Positions 59,555-64,000 of a stretch of 64,000 nt of DNA are shown here, piece by piece. The notes under the pieces are model-generated. The model was given only the letters and a program-made list of their open reading frames with translations, was not told the origin of the DNA and did not search any database. Each line of letters opens with the position of its first letter. Position 1 is the first letter of the stretch. The translations under genes were made by a program, and so were the position numbers. This DNA is from Eledone cirrhosa (taxonomy: Eukaryota), in the NCBI GenBank assembly GCA_964016885.1, contig OZ024740.1:412052001-412116000 (forward strand), in the 5' to 3' direction.

Positions 59555-61470
59555 CATAACTCCACAATTCAGTAATGCACGGACATTAGACGAGTGCGTA
59601 CAGAACGGTTTCTTCGATCTCTGTACATCTCGGCAAGTCCGTTTGACAGCACTTCCGTGCCTGTAGAGTTTATCTCGAACCGGCAGTGTCCCCCGGTATA
59701 ACTGCCAAACGAGGGATTTCTGGCAATTATCCATCTTCACCGGCTCGAAAGTCCTCCGGAACAAACTGGTCAGTTCGAATTCGTCGACGCCCAGAGCCTC
59801 TCTGAGTGCGTCGTCGAACTTGCCCACCACTAATCCTCTATTGAACTCGAGATTGGAGGTTCTACTGACGACATTGCCCGCCTGGTAGAGGCCAGTGAGT
59901 GCCTGACAACATTCCTGATGCCAGTCACCAACTTTTGGTCTCTTCTTGACGTAAGACTGCAGCTCAGACAAAGAGACGAGCTGCAGAAAGGATCGTCTGA
60001 TGAACGTCGACCACACCTGTTCACCGTTCGGGTAGAATATCTAGAGATGTCACAGCTTCACCGCATATCTGCGGATCTTTAACCACGGCATGCCCAGCCC
60101 TCCGCGTAGAGGGTGGTGGCAGCAGATGGACTGCCTCACCAACGGGACCTGTCCCCTCAACAAGAATTTGAAGAGGAGCCGTTCCATCTTGGTGAGGCGC
60201 GGACGAGGGCAAGGAACGCCGGTCAGACGGTAGTAGATGACGGACGCGATGTACGCATTCGCCACCTCCGTGCGAGCTTTCTGTGAGAGCTTCATCACAA
60301 CTCATTTCTGGGTGAGACTGGCTACTCTGCTCGTTAGCTCGTTCCAATTCTTATCCACCTTGAGGTCTGGTCCGAACTAAACACCAAACAACTTAACAGT
60401 CCGTCCGTCCAGAACCCCACCACGCTGTTGGACGGCATGGACTTGCCTCTCCAGGTGCCGAGCTGTTTCGCTCCTGTCAACCTTTCATATTACTCCAATA
60501 ATGATCTGACCACCTCGATTTCCGAGGTATCCGGCACCATCACGGTGATGTCTTCCACCTAAGCCGACACAGCGCTTCCGTGTCCCCATTCGAGCGGGTT
60601 GCCCTGTAGCAGCTGCAGCTTCCGTAGTAAAGGCTTGAGAGTCAATAGGTACAGAATGGAAGAGAGAGGGAACCCTTGACGGACCGATCGGGAGACCTGA
60701 ATCAGTTCCGAAAGGTGGTCATTAACCTTAACCACCGAGAAGATGCTGCTATGTATTGCAGCGATCCAGATTCTGAAGATGGGACCGAAGCCAGCTGCCT
60801 TGAGGACAGCCTCCAGGTACCGATGGTCGACCCTTCCGAATGCTTTCGATTGGTCTCAATTTATCAGTGCCCCACCGAAGCCGGGTTTAAATCTTACACT
60901 CTCCATGGTGTATCGCATGAGGTAGAATTTGTCATGTATGGATCTGGTCAGGATTGCGCAAGTTTGTGTCTCCCCAACCAAACCCTCGACGACATGCGCC
61001 AACCTCTTTGTTAACACCTTGGCCAAAATGTTAAACTGTATGTGAGCAGAGTTATGGGCCTGAAGTTATCGAATGTATCCCTCTTGTTCTCGTCTTTCCT
61101 TATCAGCGTCACTACGCCCCGGCTCACGGAACTGGGAATATTCCCATTCTGCTGTCAGTTGCATTAGAGCGTTTCGGGTGATCGGAGAAGAAGTCTTGCA
61201 TATTTACGTAAAGCTCGTAGGGCAGACTATCCAAACCGGGTGACATGCGCCTCGTGCAGCTGAAAATGGCGTCCTGAATTTCCGCTGAAGTAATCGGCCT
61301 TTCGCAGCTCTCAGTGTCAGCCGTGGAGATACACGGCAAGCCGTCTAAATAGCGTCTGGAGACCGCTACTGTCTCAGACCCGCCACACTCCCCGAACAAC
61401 AGAGAAAAGTGCTGGCGAAAGGCTTCACACAACCCCTTGGAATCGCTCATCTCGTGTCCGTCTCGTAACT
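59555..61470 (-). mobile_element. Tx1/L1-group LINE ORF2 (reverse transcriptase) remnant
   Basis: Reads ERPITSAEI..SPGLDSLPYELY, NFRPITLL, ILAKVLTKRL, QSKAFGRVDHRYL, RSVRQGFPLS, HPLRGGLGMP and WQLYRGTLPVRDKLYRH, with stops and frameshifts. Confidence 0.92.
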
Positions 61471-61629
61471 CTATCGAAGTTATTCTAATCTCTCTTTTGA
61501 GAGTCCCCCCCCCCCAACACGTCTGTTGTTGACGATATCCTCTGTCACCTATTGCTCAACTAAATTGTTGACCCGGTCCCTAAGTCTATGTAGACCCAAA
61601 AGCAAAAGAAGTGGAAGAATTCTGGAGAA

Positions 61630-63240
61630 GAATATGGGCAGAAGGGGAAAGAAATTACCATGCACAAAGCTAGCAAGAAAATAAAACACAGCAGATGAAC
61701 AACTATGGGAGGGTATTACAGCAGATGATGTGTCGTCCATCACACTGAGAGGGCAATAACTGGAAGGGGGCATGACATGACAACATCCCAAAAATCTGGT
61801 TAAAATGTTTAACAGGGACAAATGAAATGCTGCCAAAGGAATTTAACAACATTCATATAAAATCAGAAAAAACACCTGACTTGCTCACTAAATGGAAACC
61901 GACTCTGATCCCAAACAATAATGACACAGCAAACACCAAATATTACAGAGCCAAAACATGCTTGCCTACTACAGAAAACACCTTAACTTCAATACTATCA
62001 CAAAAATAACCAATCACCTGGACAAAAATACCCTCCTCCCAGAAGAACAGAAAGGATGATACAGAGGCTCATATGGATGCAAAGATCAGTTGTTAATAAA
62101 TAAAGCCATAACTGAAAACTGAAAAAAAAACCCCAAACCTCAGCATGTATTAAATTGATTACGAAAGAGCGTTTGACAGTGTTGCCCATACATGGATACA
62201 CAATGTACTAGCCATAAATAGGGTATCAGCAAAAATAACAACATGTATCAAACATGCCATGAGTAAATGGCAAACAATTCTGATGATACAAACGAAAGAT
62301 AAAACAATATAAACAGAGCCTATCACAATCAACAGATGTATATTCCAAAGAGACTCCCTATAACCACTGCTTTTATGCCTAGCATTAACACCACTATCTG
62401 AAACACTAAACAGAACTGGGCTAGGGTATAAATGCTACAATGGGAAAATTAGGCATCTCCTATATATGGGTGATCTACAAATGAAAAACAACTACAAACA
62501 CTGCTCCAAACTATACACGGATTCACCAAAGAAATAGGCATGGAATTTTGGATTAGAAAAATATGCTAAGGGAACTCTAAAGAGGAAGAAACTGGTGAAA
62601 AGCAATAATATCATGTTACGTAAAGAAACAGAATAAGAGAACTAGATCAGACCCAGCCATACAAATACTTATGAATCAACGAACTAGTTACGATTCAACA
62701 CACACAGATGAAAGAAAATATTAGAAAAGAATACTAGAGAAGAATTAGATTGATACACAAAACTGAACTAAATGCAAATGATAAACTGATTGGCATCAAC
62801 ACTTAAGCAGTCCCAGTAATGAGCTACAGCTTTAATATTTTGAACTGGACACTAAAAGAACTAGCTGGAATAGATAGAAAAACATTAACAATAATGACCG
62901 CATTTAGAATACAACATCCAAATCAGACGTAGAAAGATTATAATTACCAAGAACACAAGAAGAAAGGGGCCAGATAACTCTTATAAAATAAATACTATAG
63001 GACTTCAAAAATACCTAATAAAAAAACAAAGGAAAGCTAATACAAATAGCCACGAAACATGGATAAAACACAAAACAGTTCTTGGTCTTCAAGGAACCAA
63101 AAAATTCAAATCAAAATCTGAACTAAAAGATGATTGCGTGGAAAATGAAATCAAAGAAAAACAATGGACATTCTGAAAGACATGAAATTTAAATTTAAAT
63201 CTAACCTCCAGAATGACATGTTAACATGATGGCAAGAGAA
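61630..63240 (+). mobile_element. R4/Dong-clade LINE reverse transcriptase remnant
   Basis: Reads TLIPNNNDT..YRAKTCLPTT, LLPEEQKG*YRGSYGCKDQLLINKAI, AFDSVAHTWI, IFQRDSL*PLLLCLALTPLS, RHLLYMGDL, YKYL and KLIGINT*AVPVMSYSF. Confidence 0.9.
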
Positions 63241-63473
63241 TTACTTACATATCCAATTTTTTGTGTAAGATGGTGTAGGATAGAACAAAGGAGGGACACA
63301 AAAGAAAAGCCTAATCACTGAGGAGGCCATAGAATGTGTGACGAAAGAGCTTTGACAATATATAAACAACCTTCCGTTTATCGAACCAACTAACCAACCG
63401 GGGAAATTTATAATAAATTGAAATGAAAACCAACATGTGCATGTGATTTTATTGGCAGCATGACGCTCCCAAA

Positions 63474-63478
<5 letters not shown>
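63241..63478 (+). mobile_element. Family B element 3' end with degenerate hammerhead
   Basis: CA-CTGAGGA-GGCCATAGAATGTGTGAC-GAAAGAGCTTTGAC; ends TTATTGGCAGCATGACGCTCCCAAAG(TA)n like 35440-35470. Confidence 0.7.
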
Positions 63479-63536
<58 letters not shown>

Positions 63537-63737
63537 CATAATTTGTGACTGATCAAACAAGACCTTTTTCCATAAAAACACAATCACGTTTCTTCCTTTT
63601 CTCACCCTCCTCTAATTCTCTAATTTTTTTTCTCATTCTCTTTTCTGATGAAGGACTAGGGTTAAACCAATATATAACTTCATTGAATTGAATTATTTAC
63701 ATTATTGTTTACCGTTTTCTTTTCTTTCATAATTTCG

Positions 63738-63790
63738 CTGATGAAGTTTCCTGGGAAATGGATTGAAATTTTGAAACTGAAATACATGTT
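63738..63790 (+). ncRNA. Hammerhead candidate
   Basis: CTGATGA-AGTTTC...GAAACT-GAAATACATGTT; good stem II but no clear stem I. Confidence 0.4.
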
Positions 63791-64000
63791 AGACATATTT
63801 GAAATTACTGTTATTCTGTTGCTTTCAGTCCCAGAGTATTTATTCTTCATATTTATTATAATACATTTGAACACATTATTTTGTTGGAATTTTACGACCT
63901 ATCATTGGTGCATCTCCACACTAAATAAATTAAACGAGCTAACATCAATAAACGAAAAGGTGATAAACTACTTCTGGGGAAATATTAACTAAGATGTATC

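Overview
This is AT-rich, microsatellite-dense eukaryotic non-coding DNA; the SINE types and (TA)n/(CA)n density suggest an octopus or other cephalopod (inference). It contains a 200-N gap. I can support no intact host gene; most ORF-track entries are microsatellite translations or TE remnants. Conventional debris includes R4/Dong, Tx1-like and RTE-type LINE fragments, tRNA-derived SINEs, a mariner 5' end and a possible solo LTR. The main signal is a dense set of Penelope-like element (PLE) remnants and small non-coding derivatives sitting in (TA)n tracts. They carry about 9 near-canonical and many degenerate type I hammerhead ribozymes. Several unrelated families are truncated or folded back within hammerhead stem II, giving palindromes in which the CUGANGA half is replaced by the antisense of the GAAAC-NUH half. 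Unrelated families also share a 3' tail hairpin (YACTC..GAGTRCT). All alignments, translations and folds were done by eye, so boundaries are approximate.
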